DNA of 64,000 nt from a virus: positions 32,001-96,000 of the IMG/VR virus record IMGVR_UViG_3300043424_000354; one strand, 5' to 3'. Below the pieces are notes generated by a model. The model saw nothing but the letters and a program-made list of their open reading frames with translations, did not search any database and was not told the DNA's origin. This document shows positions 1 through 9,689 of this stretch, one piece after another. The number at the start of each line of letters is the position of its first letter. The first letter of the stretch is position 1. Position numbers and translations under genes: made by a program.

Positions 1-40
1 TTAAGTTAATATTACCGTGGTAGGAATTGTCGTCACTCAT
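1..40 (-). CDS. gp17: Terminase large subunit, N-terminal fragment (runs off window)
   Basis: Reads MSDDNSYHGNINL, like the YxGNxNLK start of T4-like large terminases; overlaps the gp16 stop. Confidence 0.75.
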   Translation of the reverse strand, partial: MSDDNSYHGNINL

Positions 41-497
41 GGTCTATGATTTTTTCTTTTTCCGCTTTCAATGCTTTAAGAAGATCCTGCGTAGAACCAG
101 CAAACACAATATTATTTTGCGTGTCGATGTTTTGGTTCTTTGGTTTATCTTCTTCCTTCAGTTTCTTTTTTGCTTGTTGTAGTTTCAGAAGATCTTGTGC
201 AGCATCACCCGTTGTTTTGATCAACTGACCGACAACTTCATAAGCACGAGGACTGTCGCTGGCAAGTGCAACGTTTAGCATTCCATCAAGTGCTTGTTGA
301 CTCTTGTCAATAAGAGCATTGAGTTTTTTTCTGGCGGTTTGATAATCATCTTCGATGTCATCGCCTGTTGAAATGATTTCAGGAACTGCAGGTTGATCAA
401 CCACAACAGGAACCTCAGAGACTACTTCGACTGCATTAGGAGTTTCTGTTGTTTCGGTTCCGAATAGTTCGTCAAGATCTCTATAATTATTGTTCAT
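33..497 (-). CDS. gp16: Terminase small subunit
   Basis: DDYQTAR...SDSPRAYEVVGQLIK...NNIVFAGSTQDLLK motifs; lies between gp15 and gp17; likely start ATG 497 (MNNNYRD). Confidence 0.9.
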   Translation of the reverse strand: MNNNYRDLDELFGTETTETPNAVEVVSEVPVVVDQPAVPEIISTGDDIEDDYQTARKKLNALIDKSQQALDGMLNVALASDSPRAYEVVGQLIKTTGDAAQDLLKLQQAKKKLKEEDKPKNQNIDTQNNIVFAGSTQDLLKALKAEKEKIIDHE

Positions 498-1257
498 AGA
501 CTTCATCAAATTGCTCCACGTAATCCCATGTTCCTTCTGGGGTTGCATCATTAGGATCTGTTGTTACTTGGTATTTCTGTGAATAGTTTGGTTGTTCAAT
601 ATCGGTGTAGGTCTGTGCAATAGCAGTTCTAATAATACCTTGTTGCTCAACTGGACCATACAGGTTTAGTCCAAGCGTAAAGTTGATAGTCCAAATAATT
701 GATCGACGTTGTAGATAATCGCCTTCGTAATTATCTTCGTAATTGATCGAGTCAAGGACTATTTGTAAATCTCTCTTGATTCCCATTTCTGGAATATCAG
801 TTATCGTTACGCAAAAATCAGGATTGAAGAATGGAATAATTTGTTCAATTATCTGTAGACCTTCATCTTGATTCTTTGACATAATAAACAACGACACGTT
901 CATGTCATATGGTGTGCTGGTAAATTGTGTTCGCAGCATATTAGGATCATCGCCCTGCCCGACTGCAACATTCTTGGTTAGTAGGTTGATTTTTCTGGAA
1001 GGATTATACTGCAATCCTGTGATTTCAAACCCCATTCTCGGAAGAATGATTGCTGCTGATTGCGTAGTTGTGCTGGGCACCTCAGCAATACGAGCAAGAA
1101 ATTTATTCTTTGGGGAATATGCCAGAGGAACGCGTAGAGATTGCACTGTTTCATTCGCAGCATTAAATCTTTTGACAGTAATCTGATTGAAGATTGTGCC
1201 AAAAGCAATTATTGCTTTACGAATGTGTTGGTGATAGAAGTGTTGACGTAGAAACAT
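487..1257 (-). CDS. gp15: Tail sheath stabilizer / tail terminator
   Basis: FYHQHIRKAIIAFGTIFN, VPLAYSPK, LPRMGFEI and QIIEQIIPFFNP motifs. Confidence 0.93.
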   Translation of the reverse strand: MFLRQHFYHQHIRKAIIAFGTIFNQITVKRFNAANETVQSLRVPLAYSPKNKFLARIAEVPSTTTQSAAIILPRMGFEITGLQYNPSRKINLLTKNVAVGQGDDPNMLRTQFTSTPYDMNVSLFIMSKNQDEGLQIIEQIIPFFNPDFCVTITDIPEMGIKRDLQIVLDSINYEDNYEGDYLQRRSIIWTINFTLGLNLYGPVEQQGIIRTAIAQTYTDIEQPNYSQKYQVTTDPNDATPEGTWDYVEQFDEVYEQ

Positions 1258-2003
1258 TATGCTCTCTTTTGAACCTCACCGAATGGATTGAATGCTGTGA
1301 AATCTATAATACCGTCTGCTTCTAATTCGAATTCATCATTGTCTGCTTGTGGATCTGTATCTGCTGTAGCATATTGTTGTAGAACAATCGAATCGTCCGA
1401 TGTATTCAATACTAAATCACCAGATTCCATTAGCAACTGGAATCTGTAAAGATCTTGACTCGAGTTATCTGTAATAGCATCAATCTCATCAATACCAGTG
1501 TCAATTCTCTCGGAACTAAATTCAAAGACGTCGCACTGGAGTTTATAGGTGTAGATCTTACCGAGTTGGTAGAACGGATTTAAGAAGTCGACATACTTGA
1601 TTACGAAAAACGTTTTTGTTTTCGAGAAGTATAGTAAGTCGCCTTCTGCTGGTCTTCCAGGTAATTGAAGTGTTGCGTTTTGTGCAACTCCCTCTTCCCA
1701 GCGTCTCTTTGCAACTACGAAAGTTGCCGAAGATCTGAACTCGAAACCAAACTTAGTGAACAGTTCGCCTTCGCCTTCGAAACCTTGAACATTCTCAAGA
1801 TACATTTCGAGAGGATATGCCTGATCAAAATACTGAAGCGCATCCTCGCCGAGAATACCGTCGAGATTACCAGTTTGTCTTGGGAGATAGTAAACATCGT
1901 GCCCATAGATCTTCAAACTTTCAATAACAAGATCTTCCACCAAACGCTGTTCGCTGGTGGTTCCTGAAGTATTTCCTGATTGAAAGTAGAAGTTGGTAGG
2001 CAT
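1257..2003 (-). CDS. gp14: Neck protein (head completion)
   Basis: EQRLVEDLVIESLKIYGHDVYYLPR, RPAEGDLLY, FYQLGK and C-terminal NPFGE. Confidence 0.93.
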   Translation of the reverse strand: MPTNFYFQSGNTSGTTSEQRLVEDLVIESLKIYGHDVYYLPRQTGNLDGILGEDALQYFDQAYPLEMYLENVQGFEGEGELFTKFGFEFRSSATFVVAKRRWEEGVAQNATLQLPGRPAEGDLLYFSKTKTFFVIKYVDFLNPFYQLGKIYTYKLQCDVFEFSSERIDTGIDEIDAITDNSSQDLYRFQLLMESGDLVLNTSDDSIVLQQYATADTDPQADNDEFELEADGIIDFTAFNPFGEVQKRA

Positions 2004-2006
2004 GTC

Positions 2007-2975
2007 TTATCCCACCATAAAATCGACAGGGAGTTCCGACTTTAGTTGCATTTCGGTTTCGATTGTAGTAATTTCTTCAACTGCCTCATCGTAAATTTCT
2101 TTACCATTAAGAATGACACCACCAGGAAGTTGGATTCCACCAAACTTCTTCATGTTCTCACCCCACTGACGTTTGATCAGTGCAGTTGCATAACGTTTCA
2201 AGAACATATCATCATACACCTGAGTATATGTTGCTGGATCCAGAATACGGTAGCATTCAATAATTACATAATCACCAGGATCGAAAACTTCTTCCCAGTT
2301 TACGTCGATAAACATCTTGTCCATTTTACGATTGTAGCGGATAGATCTATCTCCAACCAGTAGCATATCAAGCATTGATAAGTGCTGCTGAACTTGGGTG
2401 TAGTAGACCATGTCCGCAGACAGTAGGTTATACATATCGTTGAGGCGGAATTGGTAGATAATATCGAACATATTGTTGCGATTGTTCATACCAGAACTTG
2501 GACCATTTACTGGTAGAACACGAATTACACCAATTACCGAATCTGGGATAGGAATATATCCGTTTTGAATATCACCTGCAGTGTAAAAATCACTCGATGC
2601 CAATGCTCTACTAAATCCAGAAACTGAACCTGTTACAGTTTCACCAGCAACGAATGTTCCTTTAACGCTGGAAACTCTAGAATTTGTTCCGCTGAGCGAG
2701 AAAAGTTTACAAGTCGCGCCCGATGTTGCACCAGTTAAAATTTCATCAATCTCAAAAGATGGTGCAGACAGACCGGAAAATTTAAGTTCTGCGGTTGTAA
2801 CTTGGTGAGTGAGGTAAAGACGCTCAACCCCATCAAAATGATATTCTTGAAAATATTGCAAGGCATCGTCGATGCGGTCAGAAACCTGATCATCATCCAC
2901 GTTAATTTCAATTACTGGAAACCCTAGTCTGCGGAGACAGTAATCGATTAGTCCTTGTCTTGATGAAATTGCCAT
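2007..2975 (-). CDS. gp13: Neck protein
   Basis: LIDYCLRRLGFPVIEINVDDDQ and LKRYATALIKRQWGENMKKFGGIQLPGG. Confidence 0.95.
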   Translation of the reverse strand: MAISSRQGLIDYCLRRLGFPVIEINVDDDQVSDRIDDALQYFQEYHFDGVERLYLTHQVTTAELKFSGLSAPSFEIDEILTGATSGATCKLFSLSGTNSRVSSVKGTFVAGETVTGSVSGFSRALASSDFYTAGDIQNGYIPIPDSVIGVIRVLPVNGPSSGMNNRNNMFDIIYQFRLNDMYNLLSADMVYYTQVQQHLSMLDMLLVGDRSIRYNRKMDKMFIDVNWEEVFDPGDYVIIECYRILDPATYTQVYDDMFLKRYATALIKRQWGENMKKFGGIQLPGGVILNGKEIYDEAVEEITTIETEMQLKSELPVDFMVG

Positions 2976-2997
2976 CTTTTTATCCTCTATTTCGGAC

Positions 2998-3005
2998 TAT
3001 TTATA
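2998..3005 (-). promoter_or_regulatory. T4-type late promoter TATAAATA upstream of gp13
   Basis: Exact TATAAATA on the minus strand about 22 nt before the gp13 ATG, followed by a GAGG Shine-Dalgarno. Confidence 0.85.
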
Positions 3006-3006
3006 A

Positions 3007-3255
3007 TCAGGCAATAGAACCCAAGTCTCTGGAACCTGTTCCGCTACTATCTGTTACAAATCCCAGATCTACTGTTTCCGGAACAGTAAACAAATCGGCA
3101 TCATAACTAATCAATTGAACTACTGTTCCGCTACTATTCTTAGAAAAAATTTTACCGTCTGCTAGGTTTATAGCAAGTTCTCCGACCAATATGGACCCAG
3201 AGGCAGGAGTAGATCCTGATGTTTCAGAACGTTTATGTTGAACTGTAGTTGTCAT
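3007..3255 (-). CDS. Small fibre-associated protein (fibre N-terminal anchor motif)
   Basis: VQHKRS...GELAINLADGKIFSKN resembles fibre N-terminal anchor motifs. Confidence 0.6.
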   Translation of the reverse strand: MTTTVQHKRSETSGSTPASGSILVGELAINLADGKIFSKNSSGTVVQLISYDADLFTVPETVDLGFVTDSSGTGSRDLGSIA

Positions 3256-3464
3256 CAGTTTAATAGGTTCCCTGCAGCATCATATACGTTAATTCTATTT
3301 GCAGTGACAGTCGATTCTTTTGCCAGAGGAATACCACCAGCAGTTGATCCATCATGAACAACAACTGTATCTTTTGTTGTATCGACTGTTACTTCTCCCA
3401 CGGCTCCCGTAAAGGTTGCGTGTTCAGTAGTAGTTCCTCGTCTCAGTTGTAATTCTGTTGCCAT
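3255..3464 (-). CDS. Small Mtd_N-like (tropism-determinant N-terminal-like) virion protein
   Basis: LQLRRGTTTEHATFTGAVGEVTVDTTKDTVVVHDGSTAGG motif. Confidence 0.7.
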   Translation of the reverse strand: MATELQLRRGTTTEHATFTGAVGEVTVDTTKDTVVVHDGSTAGGIPLAKESTVTANRINVYDAAGNLLN

Positions 3465-3473
3465 TGCGCTACC

Positions 3474-3725
3474 TTAGTCTTGCTCCACCGCTGAATAATC
3501 ATCTGCAGTTTCAAATGGCATATTTCCATCAAGACCAACATAATTACCAGAGGGAACAGGTTGCTCTAACTGCTGTTCCAGTGCTTGGATTTTAATTGCT
3601 TGCTCTTTAACGGTTTCATTTGCCATTGTGAGTTGTGTGTTCAGCATTATGTTATCAAGTGTTAATGCCTTCAGTCGTTCTGCTAGATTAGCAATATACG
3701 AATTAATAAACTTTGTTTGATCCAT
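3474..3725 (-). CDS. Hypothetical coiled-coil protein (possible fibre chaperone)
   Basis: GGAG Shine-Dalgarno, heptad-like sequence, directly downstream of the fibre gene. Confidence 0.6.
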   Translation of the reverse strand: MDQTKFINSYIANLAERLKALTLDNIMLNTQLTMANETVKEQAIKIQALEQQLEQPVPSGNYVGLDGNMPFETADDYSAVEQD

Positions 3726-3742
3726 TATCTATCTCCAAATGC

Positions 3743-3764
3743 GGGAGGGGAAGAATCCCCTCCC
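3743..3764. other. GC-rich stem-loop after fibre gene
   Basis: GGGAGGGGA-AGAA-TCCCCTCCC perfect 9-bp stem; only a weak U-tract, so a terminator or an mRNA-stability hairpin. Confidence 0.6.
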
Positions 3765-3773
3765 TATTATATA

Positions 3774-5474
3774 TTAGTATGTTCCACCGTCGATATTACC
3801 AAACGCTGGTGTTCCACCCGAACCGCCAGAAATTAGGACTTGACCTGCAGTACCAGCACTTGTTGCTGCCAGCGCAGAAGTTCCGTTTCCGTATAGAATA
3901 CCCTTAGAAGTAAAGGTTCCTGCACCAGTACCACCATCAGCAACTGCGATATCCGAGGAAAGCGATGAAACCGTTCCACCTTCGATGTTAGCAACAAGAG
4001 TAGCAACAGTATAACCAGTTGCGGCAGTGTTAACAGTTGTGGTCGGAGCAGACTGCGAGTCCTTGAAGAGTTTCCACTTACCGTCCGAAGCATCACGGAA
4101 GAAACCAGAATAGAGGTCTAGTGAACCTGAAGTATCATAAACGCCGAACAGACCAATATCAACCGCATCAGTTGAAGTATTGTCTGTAGCAAGTCCGATC
4201 AGAGGGTCAGAAACAGTAAGAGTTGTTGAGTTAACAGTGGTTGTTGTTCCCGAAACTGTTAGGTTTCCAGCAACAGTAACGTTCGCGCCTGAAAGAGTCA
4301 GAGCAGTTGTCCCACCCGATGACTTAATATCATTTCCTGTAACCGTAAGATCCCCAGCAACAGTAACGTCTGCGCCAGAAAGTGTCAGAGCAGTGGCAGA
4401 AGATGATTTAATGTCGTTTCCTGTAACTGTGAGATCACCTGCGACTGATACATCTGCTCCCGAAAGTGACAGGGCAGTTGTTCCATCAGACGCCTTGAGA
4501 TCATTTCCACCAATCTTCAGATCGCCAGCAACAGCAACGTCGCCTGAACCCGAGAAGGTAAGAGCAGTAGTTCCACCATTCATCTTGATGTCATTGCCGC
4601 CAACTGTTAGGTCGCCGACAAGTGCAACATCGTCAGTAAGAGCAACAGTAACAGCAGCGGTTTCAGAACCTGAACCTGTTACGTTAATTTGGTTTGCAGT
4701 TCCTGCAACAGTAGCAACATAATTGCCAGAAGTGTCAGTTCCAAGAGCAACTGAGTTAGCAGCAATAGAAACAACACCTGCTTCTGTTACTGTAATATCG
4801 CCCGAAAGACCTGCGTAAATATAGTCTGCAACGTCTTCTGCTGTAATCTTTCTGTTTGCAGTTGCCGAAGCATCATAAACAAGAAATTCGTCAGCGTCAG
4901 CAAGTGAGGTAAGAGCAGTAGTTCCGTTCACATCAACAACGATACCAACTGAATTGTCAGAAATTGTTGTTTTGATACCTGCAGTACCAGCAAAAGTCAG
5001 AGTCGATCCAGTTGCGAACGAGTCAGTGTTTGGTGTGCCTTGGTTGTCCGAAATAGTGAACGACGAGGCAGCAGGAGCAGAGAAGGAAAGATTCCCAGAA
5101 CCATCAGAAACAAGAACGTCGCCATTGTTTCCGTCTGTGCTTGGCAGCGTGATAGTAATATCACCCGCAAGACTGTCTGGACCCTTCAGAGTTACTTTGT
5201 TGGAACCATTGCTTGTTCCTTCTGAGAAAGTAACCTTACCTGAAACTGATGATGTTTGTTTTGTTAGAAGAGCATCAACGGTAGAAGTAAACTTCTTACC
5301 GCCAATTGCGTCAATAACTGCAGCGCTACCTGAATCCACTGATTCAATGTAGAGAACAGCATTAGCACCGTTGTTTGCTGCATCTTCTGCATACGCCATT
5401 TCACCTTCTAGAAGATCAGATGTAGTTGGCGCTGTAGAACCTGAACTTCTCTTAATTTGAATTACTGTTGACAT
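3774..5474 (-). CDS. Tail fibre / virion fibre protein with internal repeats
   Basis: N-terminal IQIKRSSG...GEMAY; about five repeats of GDLTVxGNDIKxxxGTTALTLSGxxVxVA; GNLTVSGTTTTVNSTTL; C-terminal IDGGTY. Confidence 0.8.
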   Translation of the reverse strand: MSTVIQIKRSSGSTAPTTSDLLEGEMAYAEDAANNGANAVLYIESVDSGSAAVIDAIGGKKFTSTVDALLTKQTSSVSGKVTFSEGTSNGSNKVTLKGPDSLAGDITITLPSTDGNNGDVLVSDGSGNLSFSAPAASSFTISDNQGTPNTDSFATGSTLTFAGTAGIKTTISDNSVGIVVDVNGTTALTSLADADEFLVYDASATANRKITAEDVADYIYAGLSGDITVTEAGVVSIAANSVALGTDTSGNYVATVAGTANQINVTGSGSETAAVTVALTDDVALVGDLTVGGNDIKMNGGTTALTFSGSGDVAVAGDLKIGGNDLKASDGTTALSLSGADVSVAGDLTVTGNDIKSSSATALTLSGADVTVAGDLTVTGNDIKSSGGTTALTLSGANVTVAGNLTVSGTTTTVNSTTLTVSDPLIGLATDNTSTDAVDIGLFGVYDTSGSLDLYSGFFRDASDGKWKLFKDSQSAPTTTVNTAATGYTVATLVANIEGGTVSSLSSDIAVADGGTGAGTFTSKGILYGNGTSALAATSAGTAGQVLISGGSGGTPAFGNIDGGTY

Positions 5475-5501
5475 TCCGTTTTCCTTTGGTTATAGTTTGT
5501 T

Positions 5502-5750
5502 TTAATATGTTCCGCCATCAATAATACCAAGATTAATATCTTCGGCAGGTGCTGCTTCCCACTTTCTCGTCGCTGAATTAAATACCAGCGTATAACCATC
5601 TTGCACCGTTTCATCGTCAACTGCAACATTACTCAAATTCTCGAGTTTTGCTGAGGCATTCTTACTTAGAATATTTGTATTTATTCCGCTTTGTTGTGTA
5701 ACAGAAGTATTAACTGCTCTATTTAGAGGGACTGTGACTTTTATTGCCAT
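5502..5750 (-). CDS. Small virion protein
   Basis: DGYTLVFNSATRKWEA; ends IDGGTY like the adjacent fibre. Confidence 0.65.
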   Translation of the reverse strand: MAIKVTVPLNRAVNTSVTQQSGINTNILSKNASAKLENLSNVAVDDETVQDGYTLVFNSATRKWEAAPAEDINLGIIDGGTY

Positions 5751-6079
5751 TATCGTGTTACCTCTGGATTGATTACAACAATACCTTCTAGTACTCTTAG
5801 AGTTTCTTCGTCGCTTTCGATTTCTATGTCGTAAACATACCTTCCTGCTTTTAATGCGCTTGTTTGTGTAGCAGTAAGAGAAATAGTAATCTCACCGTCA
5901 GTTGGCGATGATGCGCTTGCGGTAAAACTAGTTGCTGTTGAAGAGTAATAAGATTTTCTCAGTTGGGCAGTTACTGTATAATCTGTTAAATCTTTCACAT
6001 CACCGTTTTGGTCGCTTACCGTAATTGTCAAGGAGTATGTTGTTCCCTGATCAATATACAAATTTTGAATAGTCGCCAT
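5750..6079 (-). CDS. Conserved T4-like virion structural protein
   Basis: NLYIDQGTTY, LTATQTSALKAGRYVYDIEI and RVLEGIVVINPEVT; under a late promoter. Confidence 0.8.
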   Translation of the reverse strand: MATIQNLYIDQGTTYSLTITVSDQNGDVKDLTDYTVTAQLRKSYYSSTATSFTASASSPTDGEITISLTATQTSALKAGRYVYDIEIESDEETLRVLEGIVVINPEVTR

Positions 6080-6106
6080 GAGAAACCCTTATAAATTATT
6101 CTACAC

Positions 6107-6114
6107 TATTTATA
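6107..6114 (-). promoter_or_regulatory. T4-type late promoter TATAAATA
   Basis: Exact motif upstream of the gene starting at 6079; a one-mismatch TATAAATT on the + strand at 6090-6097 faces the GT operon. Confidence 0.75.
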
Positions 6115-6128
6115 AAATTGAGAGTTGT

Positions 6129-6806
6129 ATGAGAACCATTGTGACGATTAAATATGGAACAAAATATTCCGCAGCAGACGTAAATAAAATCGTCGAAGAT
6201 ACTGGCAGGAAGTATACCTACGTTTGTTTCACTGACGATCCTACCGATTTAGATCCAATTGTCCTTGCTTGCCCTCTTCCCAGTGACATCGAAGGTCACT
6301 GGTATAAGGTTTGGTTGTTCAGTCAGAAAGGATTTGGCGATATTTTGTATCTTGATTTAGACGTCAGAATACAAAAAAATATCGATCATCTATGGAATTA
6401 CCTTGACGAACGCCCAACAATAGTTTATACTTACTGGAAAGATAGAGGTTTCCCTGATCATGAAGGTGATACTCACGACATGCGGTATTTGAGTAATTAC
6501 AACTCAAGTGTCATGTTGTGGAAAGAAGGGTCTGGTAAATATATTTGGGATCATTTTAATTCTGACCCTGATTACTTCATGCTGAAATACTTTGGCGACG
6601 ACAGGTTTCTTTGGCATGAAACTTTCGGGTTGAATTGGTTTCCGAAAGGCGAGTTTTATTCTTTTGTTTATGGCGCAGACTATTATGGAATTGATGATCA
6701 CAACGAATCTTTCTGTTATAGACCAGACTACGCCATCGCATTATTGAATGGATTAGATCAGTTCCCTGGGGCAGATAAAGAGTATGATGAACTTCGTATG
6801 CATTAA
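6129..6806 (+). CDS. GT-A fold glycosyltransferase-like protein 1
   Basis: IKYGTKY, YVCFTDD, WYKVWLF, DxD motif YLDLDV, YNSSVMLW, GDDRFL; likely start 6129. Confidence 0.8.
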   Translation: MRTIVTIKYGTKYSAADVNKIVEDTGRKYTYVCFTDDPTDLDPIVLACPLPSDIEGHWYKVWLFSQKGFGDILYLDLDVRIQKNIDHLWNYLDERPTIVYTYWKDRGFPDHEGDTHDMRYLSNYNSSVMLWKEGSGKYIWDHFNSDPDYFMLKYFGDDRFLWHETFGLNWFPKGEFYSFVYGADYYGIDDHNESFCYRPDYAIALLNGLDQFPGADKEYDELRMH

Positions 6807-7542
6807 GTGGGGTGATAAGTATCCTGCTAAATATGTAAACAACCTATACAAGATGGTGCAGAAACACTACGCCAAACCATTTACATTCACATGTTATACT
6901 GATGATGTGGAAGGAATTGAATGTGATACTGCTCCGATTCCTAATGATGGTATTCTACATCCAAAATATTGGTTTGGTAAAGAAACATTTTGTTTTGATC
7001 GCGCCAAGTTCTTAGTTTTCAATTCACATAACTGGTTAGGATACGAGGGTAACTGGTGTTTCTTTGATCTTGACGTAGTAATCCAAGAAGATATAACTGA
7101 CATAGAGGAACTTGCGCAGAAACCTCGGATTATTCAGTGTCGCTGGCAACCAGAATCGCAGAAACATGATAGATTTTTTATAGAGATACGAGGAACATTT
7201 TATAATTCCAGCATGATGGTTTGGCCTGGTAAATCATGCGAACATATTTACAGAGACGTATTAAGTAATTCAGAATCCGTGTTCAAAACTTTCTTCAAGG
7301 GAAGTGACAACTATCATTACTGGAGGCAGCGAGATTTCTGGAAGGATATTCCAGGTGGTTGGGTTTATTCATGGAATCGCGGTAAGCACCACCCGAAAGA
7401 TGTAGAACGTTTTAAATTTCGCTCAGACGCTAAGATCTGTTTATTTAATACGGACAATGTTCCGCATCCATCTGCCAGAGAACAGGAAGAACTGTCTGAC
7501 TGCTTAGACGAAAACATTATTAGATTGTGGAATTGCGAATGA
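6784..7542 (+). CDS. GT-A fold glycosyltransferase-like protein 2
   Basis: CIKWGDKY, FTCYTDD, FFDLDVVI, YNSSMMVW. Confidence 0.8.
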   Translation: MMNFVCIKWGDKYPAKYVNNLYKMVQKHYAKPFTFTCYTDDVEGIECDTAPIPNDGILHPKYWFGKETFCFDRAKFLVFNSHNWLGYEGNWCFFDLDVVIQEDITDIEELAQKPRIIQCRWQPESQKHDRFFIEIRGTFYNSSMMVWPGKSCEHIYRDVLSNSESVFKTFFKGSDNYHYWRQRDFWKDIPGGWVYSWNRGKHHPKDVERFKFRSDAKICLFNTDNVPHPSAREQEELSDCLDENIIRLWNCE

Positions 7543-8357
7543 GAGTTAATTACGTTTGTTGTAAATGGGGAACCAAATATTCAGCAGAGTTTGTCAATCG
7601 TCTCTACCGAATGGCAAAGAAGCACACACCAGATAGATTTGAGTTTCATTTCTATTGCTATACAGACAACAGTGAAGGTTTTGATCATGAAATTAAAGTC
7701 ATCGACTTCCCAGATATCCCAGACATCCACCCAAAATATTGGTTCGGAACAGAAGATTTCAAATATGGTATGGCACGTTGCTGGGATCGACCCAAGACAT
7801 TTATCTTTAACACCCACAACTTCGCCGAAGATAAACCAACTGGAAGATTTGTATTCTTCGATCTGGATGTGATTATCCAGAACGACTTGTCACCAATCAT
7901 CACATACGATTTTGAGAATCCTACTAAGTTACGTTCTTGGTGGCAGGATCCGCGACCAATGAAGACTCGTAACTTCAAGTTATCACATGGAGCATATACG
8001 AATGGTAGTTGCATGGTGTGGTCAGATGATCAGACAGAATGCATTTGGCAGGATGTTCTAGAACATCAAGAGCGTATTTGGTTTACATTCACCGATGGAA
8101 CTGACAACTATCACAGTTGGCGATGGGGTGATTTTAGTAATACGCCTCTTTGGAAGCATTTTCCAAACACCTTTGCCTACTCGTATAACAGAGGCAGAGA
8201 CTGGAAGTCTAGTGACTTAGAAGTAGGAATATATAGAAAGAACTGTATCCTCTGCGTTTTTAATGTGGACTTACTTCCATTTCAGGATAACAGTAGAGGT
8301 AAAGTGAAGCAAGAGTCGCTAGTCGACCCTGATCTTTTAGAACATTGGAATGTATGA
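7539..8357 (+). CDS. GT-A fold glycosyltransferase-like protein 3
   Basis: CCKWGTKY, FYCYTD, FFDLDVII, NGSCMVW; ATGA overlap with the upstream gene. Confidence 0.8.
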   Translation: MRVNYVCCKWGTKYSAEFVNRLYRMAKKHTPDRFEFHFYCYTDNSEGFDHEIKVIDFPDIPDIHPKYWFGTEDFKYGMARCWDRPKTFIFNTHNFAEDKPTGRFVFFDLDVIIQNDLSPIITYDFENPTKLRSWWQDPRPMKTRNFKLSHGAYTNGSCMVWSDDQTECIWQDVLEHQERIWFTFTDGTDNYHSWRWGDFSNTPLWKHFPNTFAYSYNRGRDWKSSDLEVGIYRKNCILCVFNVDLLPFQDNSRGKVKQESLVDPDLLEHWNV

Positions 8358-9040
8358 TGATTAATATTTACACAGTGAAGTGGGGATTTAAGTATGGACC
8401 AGAGCACGTTAATCATATCTTTGAACAGTGCCGACAACATATTACGAGGGAATTTAAATTCTATTGCATTACAGAACATGCGGTAGACTTAAATCCAGAG
8501 ATTACTGTTATTCCGATTCCCGAGAATAATTACTACGAAAAATGGTGGAACAAACTGCATTTGTTTGATCGCAGAGTGATTAGGCAACAGGGAGAGAAAC
8601 TATTCTTAGATCTAGATATCGGCATTCAAAAAAATATTGATTGTATTGTTGATTATGATCCAGAAAATACATTAACGTTTGTTCGTACGCATTGGCACAA
8701 TATGATACAAATGAAAGAAGATACTAAAGAGATCCCACACAAATACACGGATTTAAATTCGAGCGTATTACGTTGGAACGATAGATTAGATACCAATAAA
8801 ATAACTAAATTCGTTCGAGATTATCCTGATCAAATGTTCTACTACTATAGAGGTCTTGATAATCTTTTCGGACATCAGAGAGATCGCCTACTCAATATTA
8901 AATTTTTCCCAGATGGTTGGGTATACAGTTACAACTACGGATATATGTGGCCGTCTGATGTGAGAGAGCGAGTCCATCGAGACGAACCACTTATTTGCTT
9001 ATATGATTCAATGGAAAGACCACAAGATGTTAAACTATAA
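8354..9040 (+). CDS. GT-A fold glycosyltransferase-like protein 4
   Basis: TVKWGFKY, WWNKLHLF, FLDLDI, NSSVLRW; ATGA overlap. Confidence 0.8.
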   Translation: MMINIYTVKWGFKYGPEHVNHIFEQCRQHITREFKFYCITEHAVDLNPEITVIPIPENNYYEKWWNKLHLFDRRVIRQQGEKLFLDLDIGIQKNIDCIVDYDPENTLTFVRTHWHNMIQMKEDTKEIPHKYTDLNSSVLRWNDRLDTNKITKFVRDYPDQMFYYYRGLDNLFGHQRDRLLNIKFFPDGWVYSYNYGYMWPSDVRERVHRDEPLICLYDSMERPQDVKL

Positions 9041-9689
9041 TTACTTGAACAATTATCGAAATTGGGGTGATGGTCTGGAAAAGATCGCACACGAGATGCC
9101 GTGGAAGCACGAAGACTTTCGTAAGTCTCTAAATCCGAATACAATGGATGCTGCTATTTGGTTAGTAGAAGAACTACAGAAACACATAGATGTATCTAAG
9201 AAGTTGGATATCACAATTCTAAATTCTTGGTTAGGGTTTCCCCTTGTTCCGCTTCTATGTGAAAATCTAAACGTTAAAAAAATCAACTTGATTGACATCG
9301 ACAAAGATGCATTAGAACTGTCAAAGGTTTTTAACCGATATTATAATAATGAGCAGGGTGTTGAATTAAACCACATCAACTGGGATATCCCTTTCGCATA
9401 TCACGATATTAATGCGTTGGAAACTGATGTGGTAATTTCCCTTTGTTGCGAAACAATGTATCCTCTGAAGAAAATGACAACTGCGAATCCAGATTGCATC
9501 TTTGCCTGCCAGTCATCAAATGTATTCAAAGAAATGTATGGTATCAATTGTGTTCCGACAATTGAAGACCATATTGAGAATGTTGGTGTTGCCGCTGTTG
9601 GATATCATGGATCCATTCAGCAATCCTACTGGTCGTGGGATGGTAAGGTTGAGTTTGATCGCTTTATGGTAATCGGTAAGAAAACTTAA
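9027..9689 (+). CDS. Class I SAM-dependent methyltransferase-like protein (degenerate motif I)
   Basis: ITILNSWLG, LIDIDKDALELSK, VVISLCCE, RFMVIG; parallels 58387..58971. Confidence 0.6.
   Translation: MLNYNYLNNYRNWGDGLEKIAHEMPWKHEDFRKSLNPNTMDAAIWLVEELQKHIDVSKKLDITILNSWLGFPLVPLLCENLNVKKINLIDIDKDALELSKVFNRYYNNEQGVELNHINWDIPFAYHDINALETDVVISLCCETMYPLKKMTTANPDCIFACQSSNVFKEMYGINCVPTIEDHIENVGVAAVGYHGSIQQSYWSWDGKVEFDRFMVIGKKT

Noticed and set aside
6129-9040. GT array as T4-type DNA alpha/beta-glucosyltransferases
   Set aside because: The T4 DNA glucosyltransferases are GT-B fold, whereas these have GT-A DxD motifs; no dCMP hydroxymethylase is seen in this window. A DNA substrate is not fully excluded.
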